A stretch of DNA of 64,000 nucleotides from a virus, in the IMG/VR virus record IMGVR_UViG_3300006923_000013, positions 1 through 64,000 of that record; one strand, 5' to 3'. Below the pieces are notes generated by a model. It searched no databases. It had not been told where the DNA came from and saw nothing but the letters and a program-made list of their open reading frames with translations. Made by a program: the position numbers and the translations under genes. Shown piece after piece: positions 1 through 9,645 of this stretch (position 1 is the stretch's first letter; every line of letters starts with the position of its first letter).

Positions 1-672
1 AAACTACAAAAGATTGCACAGGAAGTTGAACAAGAGCAAGGTTACGGAGGAACTGCATCAGGTTTGTATGCTGATATATGGATGGAAGCGTATAGACGAT
101 TAGAAGCCAACCAACCGAAGGAGGGAATGATTGAGGTTAGTTTAGACGAATACCAACAATTTGTAGATTGGAGGGGTAAGGAGATAGAACGCCTTGAAAT
201 TAAATGCGGATTTAAGGAGAAACCCCAACAGCCGAGCGTTGAGGATTGGGAAAGTTTAGACAAATACACAAGAGATTTACTGAAAGTAGCATGGTGGGTA
301 ATTGAAAAACCTTCTGAAGTTAATATTTCTAATCTGAAATTTGCAGCCAAAGAATTTGAGAAAAACACCCTCAACCAAGACAAGGTTCTGGATGTTCCTA
401 AAAGATGGACTGATGAAGCAATGTTAGCTGAATGGATGCACGATACCTACGAGGAAATTGCAGCAGGTGAAGGATGGGAAACTCAAAAGGATTGTAAGGT
501 TCTATTTGATGACCTACCTGAAAAGAATAAGGCTGTAATGTTGAAAGTTGCAGGGAAGTTATTAGACGAAGGATTTAACGACCCTGACTTACTCAACCAA
601 GACAATGATTGGAAAAGAGTAGGAGAGTTAGCAAATGAGATCACTAAAATTGTAAGAAATGAAACTAACTGA
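1..672 (+). CDS. Mosaic hypothetical protein, 5'-truncated by the window edge, with a RyR-repeat-like segment
   Basis: Frame 1 is open from base 1 (the ORF track starts at TTG 64). Segment LAEWMHDTYEE..GEGW....CKVLFDDLPEKNK resembles the phage/bacterial RyR domain. Confidence 0.65.
   Translation, partial: KLQKIAQEVEQEQGYGGTASGLYADIWMEAYRRLEANQPKEGMIEVSLDEYQQFVDWRGKEIERLEIKCGFKEKPQQPSVEDWESLDKYTRDLLKVAWWVIEKPSEVNISNLKFAAKEFEKNTLNQDKVLDVPKRWTDEAMLAEWMHDTYEEIAAGEGWETQKDCKVLFDDLPEKNKAVMLKVAGKLLDEGFNDPDLLNQDNDWKRVGELANEITKIVRNETN
370..605 (+). repeat. 14-bp direct repeat CTCAACCAAGACAA (370-383 and 592-605) flanking the RyR-like module
   Basis: Exact match read from the sequence; both copies encode LNQD in frame. 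Confidence 0.8.
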
Positions 673-707
673 AAAAATGACATTAATTATATTAACAAAA
701 TAAAGAA

Positions 708-944
708 ATGAAAGAATCAAAACTATTTATAATAATACATACATTTAAAGCAGGAAGTGAAACCTATGCCGTACACTCAACAGACGATATTGCAATAGGT
801 GTATCAGAAGTTGAAGATATGACTCCCAGTATAAAAAGATTAATAAGTCTATTAGATATAGACTTTGATGTACATAAAGAAGGAGAATGCCTGGATATAA
901 TAGAGATAGGTACAATGGAAACAATTAAAACTTTTAAATTATGA
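708..944 (+). CDS. Hypothetical protein (78 aa)
   Basis: ORF with an A-rich leader, in a tightly packed + strand run. Confidence 0.7.
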   Translation: MKESKLFIIIHTFKAGSETYAVHSTDDIAIGVSEVEDMTPSIKRLISLLDIDFDVHKEGECLDIIEIGTMETIKTFKL

Positions 945-1090
945 ATGACACAGATAAATTTCTAAATACAGTAAATAACGATTGGGGAGATAACTGGGAC
1001 GCAATAGTAGATTTTTTTGGACCAGAAACTGCAGAATTATTTGATAAGGCCATTCTTGAAATGGAAGAACGTGTAAAAGAAAAACTCTAA
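941..1090 (+). CDS. Small acidic hypothetical protein (49 aa, MNDTDKFLNTVNNDWGDNW...), not in ORF track
   Basis: Translated by hand; ATGA overlap with the upstream stop and abuts the next ATG. Confidence 0.7.
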   Translation: MNDTDKFLNTVNNDWGDNWDAIVDFFGPETAELFDKAILEMEERVKEKL

Positions 1091-1258
1091 ATGAAAGAAA
1101 TATTTGAAACAATTTGGAATACACCTCAAACTGAAATAGAAGTAGTTGTACAACAAACTACAATAATGCTTGGTGCTGGTATAATAATTACATATAGTAT
1201 TATATGTGCTCTTTTATATAAAGCTTGGTACGAAAGAAAACACAATAAATTCAAGTAA
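1091..1258 (+). CDS. Small membrane protein (55 aa), not in ORF track
   Basis: MKEIFETIWN...IMLGAGIIITYSIICALLYKAWYERKHNKFK: one hydrophobic helix followed by a basic tail. Confidence 0.7.
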   Translation: MKEIFETIWNTPQTEIEVVVQQTTIMLGAGIIITYSIICALLYKAWYERKHNKFK

Positions 1259-1270
1259 TAGAGATATACT

Positions 1271-1282
1271 TTATTACCTTTG
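1271..1282 (+). promoter_or_regulatory. Bacteroidota-type sigma70 -7 promoter element (TTATTACCTTTG)
   Basis: Matches TAnnTTTG; intergenic, upstream of the ATG at 1303. Confidence 0.6.
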
Positions 1283-1302
1283 TTAACCTTTAAAATCATA
1301 AT

Positions 1303-1572
1303 ATGACTGAAAAACAAAACAACGAGATTCTTAAGTTACTACAGAATCTGAATACACTGGTAGAAAATAATATACTACCGAAGAAAACAGTAACAGAATC
1401 TACAAAACTATTTTCAGATCTTACAACTGAGAGTTTAACACTTCTTAAACTTTTAAATAGTATGGCAACGCTACTGCGAGATCTGGTAAGCAATGATAAG
1501 ATACCTTTTAAAATAAGGCTCAAAATTGTAGATGTTATAGATGAGTTTTCAGCAGTAATAAAAACACTATAA
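1303..1572 (+). CDS. Hypothetical helical protein (89 aa)
   Basis: ORF track; follows a promoter motif. Confidence 0.7.
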   Translation: MTEKQNNEILKLLQNLNTLVENNILPKKTVTESTKLFSDLTTESLTLLKLLNSMATLLRDLVSNDKIPFKIRLKIVDVIDEFSAVIKTL

Positions 1573-1721
1573 TGGAAATAAAAAAAACAACAAGCTCTAC
1601 ACGTAGGGCAGTACGAAATACACTAAAAGCAAAAAAATACATACTTCCATTATGGATTACAATGAATATACTTTCTTTAGGGTTACTCGTAACAATGATA
1701 TTCAAATTTATCACATCTTAA
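1572..1721 (+). CDS. Small membrane protein (49 aa), not in ORF track
   Basis: TAATG overlap with the upstream gene; basic N-terminus then hydrophobic ILPLWITMNILSLGLLVTMIFKFI. Confidence 0.65.
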   Translation: MEIKKTTSSTRRAVRNTLKAKKYILPLWITMNILSLGLLVTMIFKFITS

Positions 1722-1730
1722 TTAAACATA

Positions 1731-2105
1731 ATGTTAAAACTAAATTTAGACCACACTAAACCCACACTGAGTGAAGTATTTGGACAATCTATAGATTTTA
1801 GTCAGAATACCTTACTTACTCTTATGCAGTTAACAAGAACTGCAGAAGAAAACAGTAAAAATGCAGATGAAAAAAAATTAGAAAAAAGTAATCTTTTTGA
1901 ACAGCTTTTCAATGCTATGAATATAACCACACTTGAGGCTGCAGTACTTTTAGGTATACAATTCGCAGAGATCACTATGGCAGCGTTATCAAACGCAAAC
2001 CCTAAAGATATATCAAGTATAGAACAGGAACTTCATAAAGATTCTTATGAATTAAATGAAAAGAAGGTACAAGTATATTTTAATGAACCTGGAAACGACT
2101 TTTAA
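1731..2105 (+). CDS. Hypothetical protein (124 aa)
   Basis: ORF track; gene packing. Confidence 0.7.
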   Translation: MLKLNLDHTKPTLSEVFGQSIDFSQNTLLTLMQLTRTAEENSKNADEKKLEKSNLFEQLFNAMNITTLEAAVLLGIQFAEITMAALSNANPKDISSIEQELHKDSYELNEKKVQVYFNEPGNDF

Positions 2106-2107
2106 AA

Positions 2108-2521
2108 ATGGAATCAGAGATAACAGCTTCACAACTTGCAGCTTTAAGTAAGAAACTTTACAATGTAAAACAATTAAAAGAATCTCATCAAAAACTTACA
2201 CAAATTGCAGAAAATGTAATACATAATGAATATCCATTTTCCTTAGAATTAAAGGTTAAAGTAACTATACCCTCTATAGATGAGGAATCGAGTAAACAAA
2301 AAACAGCAGAGGATCTTTTAAATATGTTAACAGATAAAGAAGGGGAAGAAGACTTTATGTCCCGTCTGAATAATATTAAAAAAGATAAACCTGAGGTTAT
2401 AAAGGAAATAGCTGTAAATCTGCAAAACATATCTGATAAAACATTTTTTGCAGTTTTAGAAAGATTAGTAAAAGATTTAAACGTTGAAATAAAAAACACA
2501 TCTAAAACAATTAAACTATGA
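2108..2521 (+). CDS. Hypothetical protein (137 aa)
   Basis: ORF track; ATGA overlap with the next gene. Confidence 0.7.
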   Translation: MESEITASQLAALSKKLYNVKQLKESHQKLTQIAENVIHNEYPFSLELKVKVTIPSIDEESSKQKTAEDLLNMLTDKEGEEDFMSRLNNIKKDKPEVIKEIAVNLQNISDKTFFAVLERLVKDLNVEIKNTSKTIKL

Positions 2522-2940
2522 AAACAATATTATTATTTACACTCGCACAAATGTGGCCTTGGGGTTGGTTAACTTTTTTATGTGTATTAGGAACTGCAGT
2601 ATGTGTAATCTTACTTGCTAAAAATGAAAATAAGAAAGCTGAACAACACATGAATAGTGCCGTAGATAAAATCAATAAACAACATGGAATATGTGAAGTT
2701 GTAGAGGATATAAGAGAGATTATATCTACAGAAAAAGCAGCCGCTTGGTATTTTACACATTTACATAATAGTCTTTCATATAGAGCACGCTATGCTCTAA
2801 GTCAGATAGCTGTAACCAATTTAGAAGAATTTATGGATCTAACCTCTGCAGATTTAGAAGGTATCTATAGATGTGGGCCAGTTACACGAAGAGAAATACT
2901 TGATATGGTAGCATGTGTATCTACAGAAGATAAACTTTAA
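2518..2940 (+). CDS. Membrane-anchored protein with a C-terminal RNA polymerase alpha-CTD-like (HhH) domain
   Basis: N-terminal hydrophobic helix WGWLTFLCVLGTAVCVILLA. C-terminal LSYRARYALSQIAVTNLEEFMDLTSADLEGIYRCGPVTRREILDMV aligns by eye with alpha-CTD [46 protein letters not shown]. Confidence 0.7.
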   Translation: MKTILLFTLAQMWPWGWLTFLCVLGTAVCVILLAKNENKKAEQHMNSAVDKINKQHGICEVVEDIREIISTEKAAAWYFTHLHNSLSYRARYALSQIAVTNLEEFMDLTSADLEGIYRCGPVTRREILDMVACVSTEDKL

Positions 2941-2962
2941 ATTTTATTTAATTTTAAATAGT

Positions 2963-3000
2963 AAGAAGTAGTTAGAGACTTTCTCTTTCTACTTCTTTTT
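2963..3000 (+). terminator. Probable intrinsic terminator
   Basis: Stem AAGAAGTAG...CTACTTCTT with an inner AGAG/CTCT pairing, followed by a T run; intergenic. Confidence 0.6.
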
Positions 3001-3023
3001 ACTTTAACTAATACTTATTATAA

Positions 3024-3554
3024 ATGGAACAAGAAAATAAAAAATTAACATATGAATCTTTTCAATTAAGATTATTCAAAAAAATATTTGAAAATATAGA
3101 AGAAAATAAATTTGTATCTTCTTTAGCTGTATTAACAGAAAAAGAAACTACAAAACTTATTCCTCTTCCTGGTAGTTTATTTGAAGATAAAGAAGATATG
3201 GATCTTACACTGCGTAAAATATCAAAACTTGGAAATGCAAAAATGTGCTGTTTTGTTAGTATGTGCGGCATATCAAAAGTAGATAAAGATGAAAATCCTG
3301 AAGCATTTGAAAAACTTAAAAATCTAAATGTAGAAAAGTTAACCTCAGAAGATATAAAACTGTTACAGGATTCAGCAACTATAGAAGAAGGATTGATTTT
3401 TAACTTTGAAAGTATAGGAGAACCAAGTAAAGTATATGCATTTGTAAGGAATAAGGAAAAAAGTACATTTGAACTTAAAGAAACCTTTTCATCTGATGAT
3501 AAGGAATTCGAGCAAGAAAGAACAGGTAGATTTATGAATATCTTAGAACAATGA
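3024..3554 (+). CDS. Hypothetical protein (176 aa), translationally coupled to the DNA polymerase gene
   Basis: ORF track; ATGA overlap with polA. Confidence 0.75.
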   Translation: MEQENKKLTYESFQLRLFKKIFENIEENKFVSSLAVLTEKETTKLIPLPGSLFEDKEDMDLTLRKISKLGNAKMCCFVSMCGISKVDKDENPEAFEKLKNLNVEKLTSEDIKLLQDSATIEEGLIFNFESIGEPSKVYAFVRNKEKSTFELKETFSSDDKEFEQERTGRFMNILEQ

Positions 3555-5482
3555 TCTATCTTGTAAGTACTACACAAGCATTATTCAGATCTCCTGCTAA
3601 CGGTGTAGATATTATACCCTGTACTATCCAAGATGTAGTAGATTACTGTAAACATAAGAAAGTACTTGGAGTAGATACTGAGACAGAAGGATTAGATTTC
3701 ACTGTACATAATATGATATTATTTCAGATCGGAGATAAGGAAAATCAATATCTTATAGACACTCGTAACACAAGTATAGAACCATTACGTGATGTATTAG
3801 AAAGTAAAAGCATACTTAAAGTACTTCAAAATGCAAAGTTTGATTATAAAATGATCCTACAAGGAGCTAATATCAAGCTGGAAAATGTATATGATACTAT
3901 GCTTGTTGAGAAAGTAATTCATTGCGGTAAATTCGGACTAAGTTATAGTTTGAAGACACTATGTAGTAAATACCTGGCATTGGATCTAAGTAAAAATGTA
4001 ACCAATTCTTTTACAGAATTATATGGCGCTCCATTTTCATACTCTCAATTAAAGTATGCTGCAGATGATATAGCTCCTCTTTTAGATATTCGAGATTTAC
4101 AACTGCCTCAACTTTCTGCAGAGGATCTGGAAACTGTAGCAGAATTAGAGAATAAGGTCATATTGGCATTTGGAGATATGGAGTATAATGGAATGCCTCT
4201 AAATACTATACTATGGAAAGTACTGGCTACTAAAGCTAAAACTGAAGCAGAGCTTTTACAAGCACGTTTAGATCTATATGTATTAAGAGCACCAATTCTT
4301 TCCAGAAGATATAAACTTAAGTATGTGCAAAGTAATCTATTTACTGATATACAACACATACGAAAGGTTAATATAAATTGGGCAAGTCCTATGCAGGTAT
4401 TAGAGGTCTTTAGAAATCTTGTGCCTAGTTTAGAAACTGTAAATGCAAAAGAGCTTATACTACACTCTAAACCTTTTATACTCATTAAAGAATATATAAA
4501 GTATAAAGAAAAAATGAAACTTGCTACAAGTTATGGAGAAAAGTTTTTAACGCATGTTAAGAATACAGGTAACATACATACACAGTTCAATACTATACTT
4601 AATACTGGTAGATCCGCATCTAAATTGCCTAATATGCAACAGATACCTTCTCCAGATGAGTATAGAAATTGCTTTCAAGATGTAAATGACCCTGAAGCTG
4701 TATTTGTATCGGGAGACTATGCATCACAAGAGTTATGTATAATTGCCTATGGTTCTAAAGATCCAGTATGGCTTGCAGCTCTTAAGAATGGAGAAGATCT
4801 ACACTCAGTATGTGCAGATCTGGTCTATGGTATAAGTTGGGGACAGGCAGCAGAAGCTAATTGTGCCTATATGGTAGATAAATCCAAATGTGATTGCCCT
4901 AAGCATAAAAAGCTCAGAACGAATGTAAAGACCATTAATTTTGGTCTGGCATACGGAATGGGCCCTAATAAGCTTGCAGAGAATTTGAATATATCCACAC
5001 AGGAAGCTAAGGATCTTATACAAGCCTATTTTAAGGCGTTTCCTGCTATTAAAGCATTTCTTGAGGCTCTTGGTAACTATGGTTTAAATAGAGGCTTTAT
5101 ACGTACATTCTTACCCTTTAAACGGATAAGACACTTTGATGGGTGGCACAACGGAATACAGAATTTAAGATATAAGGATAATAAAACGTCTGAACTACTT
5201 GGAACAATAGAACGTGCAAGTAAAAATACTCCTATTCAAGGTACTGGAGCAGATATGACCAAGCATGCAATGGTCCTCGTACGAGAAGACATCGCAAAAT
5301 TTAATAGACCTGTTAAGCTTGTAATGGCTGTACACGATCAGATTGATACTATAACTACGAGAGCCTATGCGCCAGAGTGGAAGATTAGACTACAAAAACT
5401 GATGGAAGATGCAGCTTTATTAAGTATTCCTACGGGAGAATTGAAAGTAGATGTACATATTAGTGCGAAATGGAAAAAATAA
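3551..5482 (+). CDS. polA: DNA polymerase family A with 3'-5' exonuclease, no 5' nuclease domain
   Basis: Exo motifs GVDTET, QNAKFD, YAADD; TGRSASKLPNMQQIP; motif A DYASQEL; motif B RTNVKTINFGLAYG; NTPIQGTGAD; motif C VHDQ. Confidence 0.97.
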   Translation: MIYLVSTTQALFRSPANGVDIIPCTIQDVVDYCKHKKVLGVDTETEGLDFTVHNMILFQIGDKENQYLIDTRNTSIEPLRDVLESKSILKVLQNAKFDYKMILQGANIKLENVYDTMLVEKVIHCGKFGLSYSLKTLCSKYLALDLSKNVTNSFTELYGAPFSYSQLKYAADDIAPLLDIRDLQLPQLSAEDLETVAELENKVILAFGDMEYNGMPLNTILWKVLATKAKTEAELLQARLDLYVLRAPILSRRYKLKYVQSNLFTDIQHIRKVNINWASPMQVLEVFRNLVPSLETVNAKELILHSKPFILIKEYIKYKEKMKLATSYGEKFLTHVKNTGNIHTQFNTILNTGRSASKLPNMQQIPSPDEYRNCFQDVNDPEAVFVSGDYASQELCIIAYGSKDPVWLAALKNGEDLHSVCADLVYGISWGQAAEANCAYMVDKSKCDCPKHKKLRTNVKTINFGLAYGMGPNKLAENLNISTQEAKDLIQAYFKAFPAIKAFLEALGNYGLNRGFIRTFLPFKRIRHFDGWHNGIQNLRYKDNKTSELLGTIERASKNTPIQGTGADMTKHAMVLVREDIAKFNRPVKLVMAVHDQIDTITTRAYAPEWKIRLQKLMEDAALLSIPTGELKVDVHISAKWKK

Positions 5483-5514
5483 TACTAATTTTACAAATCC
5501 AATAAATTTTATAA

Positions 5515-6723
5515 ATGCAAACAACCCTCGCCCTCAATTTAGAGAAGGACGCTGAACAACAGCTTCACCTTAAAGCGTGGAAGAAGAATAACTATAAAGG
5601 AACATCTATTGCCGCAACTGGCCTTGGAAAGACCCGTATAGGTCTTCTTGCCATAGCTGCAACACTACGATTATTCGGAAAATCCAGTAGAGCACTAGTA
5701 ATAGTGCCTACTGAGAATCTCCGTGATAACGAATGGCTCGATGAAGTAGCCAAATGGAATATGTCTGATGTTCTGGACCAGATAGAATTCGTATGCATAC
5801 AAACAGCTTATAAATTCACTGCCCAAAACTGGGATATCGTGGTTATAGACGAAGTACATACTACACTATCCCTCGAATACAGAAATTTTTATAAGAATAA
5901 TACCTGGAAGAAAATATATTGCTTTACTGCAACTATACCAGAAAATGAAGAGTATAAAGAATTCCTCACTAAGATCGCACCTATTGTGTATACTACTGAC
6001 CTGCGGAAAGCAAATCGTTTAGGACTTGTAGCAGATCATATAGTATATAACTTAGGAGTAAGCTTTTCTCCTATAGAAGCACTTCAGTACAAACATGTCG
6101 AAAAGACATATAAGCAAGCAGAAGAGGAGTTAGGAGGTAAATTCGTTGCATTTATGAATGCAACACGATGGAAGAACTCTCGGGATAGAGATAAAGCCAA
6201 ATGGGCTAATATATTTTACGGCGCAATGCAAAAACGTAAACAACTTTGCTATAATGCTGCAAATAAAATAGAAGTATCTAAGCAGATATTAGCCCGATAT
6301 CCAGATCGTAAAGCTTTAGTATTCAGTGAATCTATAGCATTCGCAGATAAATTACAGAATACTTTACAACAGGAATGCGTGACATTTCATAGTAAATTGG
6401 GCATAAAAGCAAAAAGACAGGCATTAGAATCTTTTTCAGATGATACCTCACCAATACGGGTTATAAGTTCTGTTAAAGCATTGAATGCTGGCTTTAATGT
6501 ACCTGATTGCTCTTTAGGTATATGCGCAGCAGGAAGCTCTAAAGCATTGGACAACATTCAAAGAAAAGGAAGAACATTAAGAAAAACAGAAGACGAATTT
6601 AAGACAGCAATATATATAAACATATTTGTAAAGGGATCACAGGAACTCAAATGGGTACGCAAGCGAACAGAAAAGGATCATAGTGTAAAATGGATTGCAA
6701 GCATAGATGAGATGATATATTAA
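5515..6723 (+). CDS. Superfamily 2 (DExH) helicase
   Basis: Walker A ATGLGKT, DEVH, TAT, motif VI QRKGR. Confidence 0.93.
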   Translation: MQTTLALNLEKDAEQQLHLKAWKKNNYKGTSIAATGLGKTRIGLLAIAATLRLFGKSSRALVIVPTENLRDNEWLDEVAKWNMSDVLDQIEFVCIQTAYKFTAQNWDIVVIDEVHTTLSLEYRNFYKNNTWKKIYCFTATIPENEEYKEFLTKIAPIVYTTDLRKANRLGLVADHIVYNLGVSFSPIEALQYKHVEKTYKQAEEELGGKFVAFMNATRWKNSRDRDKAKWANIFYGAMQKRKQLCYNAANKIEVSKQILARYPDRKALVFSESIAFADKLQNTLQQECVTFHSKLGIKAKRQALESFSDDTSPIRVISSVKALNAGFNVPDCSLGICAAGSSKALDNIQRKGRTLRKTEDEFKTAIYINIFVKGSQELKWVRKRTEKDHSVKWIASIDEMIY

Positions 6724-6741
6724 CCCTTTAAACCCTTAAAT

Positions 6742-7404
6742 ATGATAGCTTTTGGCGAACCTTTCATCCAAATGTTGGAAGAAATAGAATTAACACTGAC
6801 AGAGTACTTTGTTCTCTACTGTTATGTGTATGAAAAAACTGATCTTATCGATAGATACGATAAGTTAGAGAACTACAGTACAGATACTGCACTAAGTAAA
6901 TTATTAAAAAAGAAACTCCTCGTTCATTTTGAAACTGATACTCTCAGTGATTCTCGTTATCTAGCTACGGAAGCTGGAGAGATATTCATAAAAGAACATG
7001 TTACTTCGTATATGGACGCGATAACGGATAATCCCTTATTGGGCGAGGAGGATCTTAGTGCATTATCCGAGTCTTCTTACGAAAAAGATTTTCAAATACT
7101 ATTAGACACTTATCCTGTAAAGGTTACACGCTCTAGTGGTAGATCTTCATACTTAAAAGAAGGCACTAAAGAAATAAAAAGATTATATATAAAAGCACTG
7201 GAAACAAAAGAGATTACTGCTCTTGATCTACAAAAGGCTATTGAACATTATGTAGGAAGATATACACAAACAGGTAATACTGCCTATATGAAGACTTTAA
7301 AGAATTGGTTTTCTCAAGATATTTGGAAAGATGTAATGTCTAATATGAAAACAGAAAGTACAAATACCACTAAAAGAGTAGACTATGGCGGAAGGATCGA
7401 TTAA
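6742..7404 (+). CDS. Putative replication initiator / helicase loader (wHTH plus DnaD-like C-terminus)
   Basis: Lies immediately before dnaB (20-nt overlap). The FQILLDTYP...YMKTLKNWFSQDIW pattern is typical of phage replisome organisers. Confidence 0.55.
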   Translation: MIAFGEPFIQMLEEIELTLTEYFVLYCYVYEKTDLIDRYDKLENYSTDTALSKLLKKKLLVHFETDTLSDSRYLATEAGEIFIKEHVTSYMDAITDNPLLGEEDLSALSESSYEKDFQILLDTYPVKVTRSSGRSSYLKEGTKEIKRLYIKALETKEITALDLQKAIEHYVGRYTQTGNTAYMKTLKNWFSQDIWKDVMSNMKTESTNTTKRVDYGGRID

Positions 7405-8374
7405 GAAGAAAATATTAGCATATAAACATATTAAAGAGGCCAGTAAGGATGCTCTTAAATATATTGATGATAGACGTGCAGGTCGAGTTCGTTCGCTTAA
7501 AACCAAATGGAAAAAACTCAATGCTCGTACAATGAATGGTATAGAATGGAACTCTATCATGACCATTGCAGGTATGAGTGGCTCAGGTAAATCAAGTATG
7601 GCTAATGAACTTGAGACAAGCCTGTTTGATTGTAACCCGAGGGAAAACTTTTCAGTGCTTTCCTTTAATTTCGAAATGCTAGCCTTAAGGCAAGTAGGTA
7701 GAAAGATATCCTCTAAGATGAATAAGACCGTAACAGATCTTTATTCAGGTGGAGGAAAATTATCAGATGCAGATTATAATACAGCAAAGTTCCATGTCGA
7801 TTCTGATATAAAAAATTATGATGTCTATTATGTAGATATCCCTGGTACAGTACAAGAGATATTTGATACGATACTGCAATTTCATATTGAGCAGAAAAAG
7901 CTTAAAGGAGATTTTTATGGAACAGTAATAGTATTGGATCATACCTTACTTACACGAGGTGCTCAAGGTGCAGGAGAAAGAGAGATTTTATCTCGACTTT
8001 ATGGCATGTTTATGTTCATGAAGAAGAAAATAAAGTGTATCTTTGTAGCACTCAGCCAACTTAATAGAGAGATAGAAAAGTCCGAAAGACTTACGAATCC
8101 TATGCAACATTATCCGATGAAGAAAGACATCTTCGGTAGTGATGCTGTATTCCAAGCTTCTGACTATGTATTGATCTCACATAAACCTTATATGCTTCAT
8201 TTACAAACATATGGCCCAAATAATCTACCTGTCATAAATCCTATGGATGGAAGTCAGCCTATGATATATTGGCACTTAATAAAAAATAGAGATGGAGAAA
8301 GTGGATTAGTATTAAGCATGGTAGATAACCTAAAATACAATAGAATAGATGAATACAAACAACCTTTAAAATAA
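7385..8374 (+). CDS. dnaB: Replicative DnaB-like helicase (ATPase domain only)
   Basis: Walker A AGMSGSGKS, FNFEM, VLDH, LSQLNR, IKNRDG. Confidence 0.92.
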   Translation: MAEGSIKKKILAYKHIKEASKDALKYIDDRRAGRVRSLKTKWKKLNARTMNGIEWNSIMTIAGMSGSGKSSMANELETSLFDCNPRENFSVLSFNFEMLALRQVGRKISSKMNKTVTDLYSGGGKLSDADYNTAKFHVDSDIKNYDVYYVDIPGTVQEIFDTILQFHIEQKKLKGDFYGTVIVLDHTLLTRGAQGAGEREILSRLYGMFMFMKKKIKCIFVALSQLNREIEKSERLTNPMQHYPMKKDIFGSDAVFQASDYVLISHKPYMLHLQTYGPNNLPVINPMDGSQPMIYWHLIKNRDGESGLVLSMVDNLKYNRIDEYKQPLK

Positions 8375-8384
8375 TGAAAAAAAC

Positions 8385-9071
8385 ATGAGTCAAGAAATTT
8401 TAGTAATAGGAGAATCTGGTAGTGGTAAATCCGCCAGTTTAGAAAATTTAGATCCTAAATCTACGTTTCTTTTTAATGTTGTTAAAAAACCAATGCCCTT
8501 CCGAGGGTGGAAAACAAAATGGCAACCTCTTACAAAGGAAACTCCAAATGGCAATTATATGGCAACAGATAATCCTACAACTATACAGGCCACAATGCAG
8601 CATATAAATACAAATATGCCTCATATAACTACCATTGTTATTGATGATTTTCAATATATAATGGCAAATGAGTTTATGCGTAGAGCACATGAACGTGGAT
8701 TTGATAAGTTCACTGATATTGGTCTGCATGCGTGGGAAATAATCACCTTAGGTAAAAATCTTAGAGAAGATCTAACATTTGTAGTCTTAGGACATGCAGA
8801 AGTATCTACTGATCTAAGCGGTGGAAGACGCCTTAAATTTAAAACAATTGGAAAATTGGTCGATGATAAAATCAATGTAGAAGGATTGTTTACTGTGGTT
8901 CTATTTACTCACGTAGGACCCGATGAGAATAATAAAATATGCTATCGGTTTAAAACACAAACAGATGGTTCAACAACAGGGAAATCCCCAAAAGGTATGT
9001 TCAAAGAAGAAAAGATAGAGAACGACCTTGATTACGTAATTAAAACAGTAACCGAATATAATAATTCATAA
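8385..9071 (+). CDS. P-loop ATPase, AAA_24/Sak4-like ssDNA-annealing protein
   Basis: ILVIGESGSGKS, IVIDDFQY, KTIGKLVD, KSPKGMF; lies next to the SSB gene. Confidence 0.8.
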   Translation: MSQEILVIGESGSGKSASLENLDPKSTFLFNVVKKPMPFRGWKTKWQPLTKETPNGNYMATDNPTTIQATMQHINTNMPHITTIVIDDFQYIMANEFMRRAHERGFDKFTDIGLHAWEIITLGKNLREDLTFVVLGHAEVSTDLSGGRRLKFKTIGKLVDDKINVEGLFTVVLFTHVGPDENNKICYRFKTQTDGSTTGKSPKGMFKEEKIENDLDYVIKTVTEYNNS

Positions 9072-9072
9072 T

Positions 9073-9618
9073 ATGAGATTAGTAGGAAAAAAAGTAGAAC
9101 GAATGAATCGTTTTGGAGATAGTATCTGCGTAGAACTATCAGATGGAGGAAAAATGAAACTTTCTCCAGGCGCAATGTCAAGGTTAAAAATAACCCCGAC
9201 AGCTAATAGAGTAGGATTTGCATATCCAGAAAATGACACAGAAACCATTTGTATGTATGTAGCAACGGACAATGATGGTATTGCAGTTAACAAACAAGGA
9301 ATAGCAACTACTTCAGCGCATAATCGTGATGTAAGGTCTGCACTTGATCTTCCAGCAACAGGTACTACGAATGTATATCTAAACGAAACTGCTACAGAAA
9401 TGGCAGAATACCCAGGATATCATTTTTACGAACTTCGTGTAGATGAAACCCCTTGGGATGCAGCAGTAGAACAGGAAGATGTAGACGAAGAGATGGTAGA
9501 TATGACTACTCCTCCAACACATGACAATCCACAACCACCAGTAGAAGAAGTACAAGTAGAGGAAGTAGAAGTCATAGAAGACCCTATAGTATCTACGAGT
9601 TCAATAGACATTTTTTAA
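9073..9618 (+). CDS. Hypothetical protein with a long acidic C-terminal tail
   Basis: ORF track; E/D-rich tail ending in IDIF. Confidence 0.75.
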   Translation: MRLVGKKVERMNRFGDSICVELSDGGKMKLSPGAMSRLKITPTANRVGFAYPENDTETICMYVATDNDGIAVNKQGIATTSAHNRDVRSALDLPATGTTNVYLNETATEMAEYPGYHFYELRVDETPWDAAVEQEDVDEEMVDMTTPPTHDNPQPPVEEVQVEEVEVIEDPIVSTSSIDIF

Positions 9619-9645
9619 ACAGTAACAACAAAAACTAAATACAAT

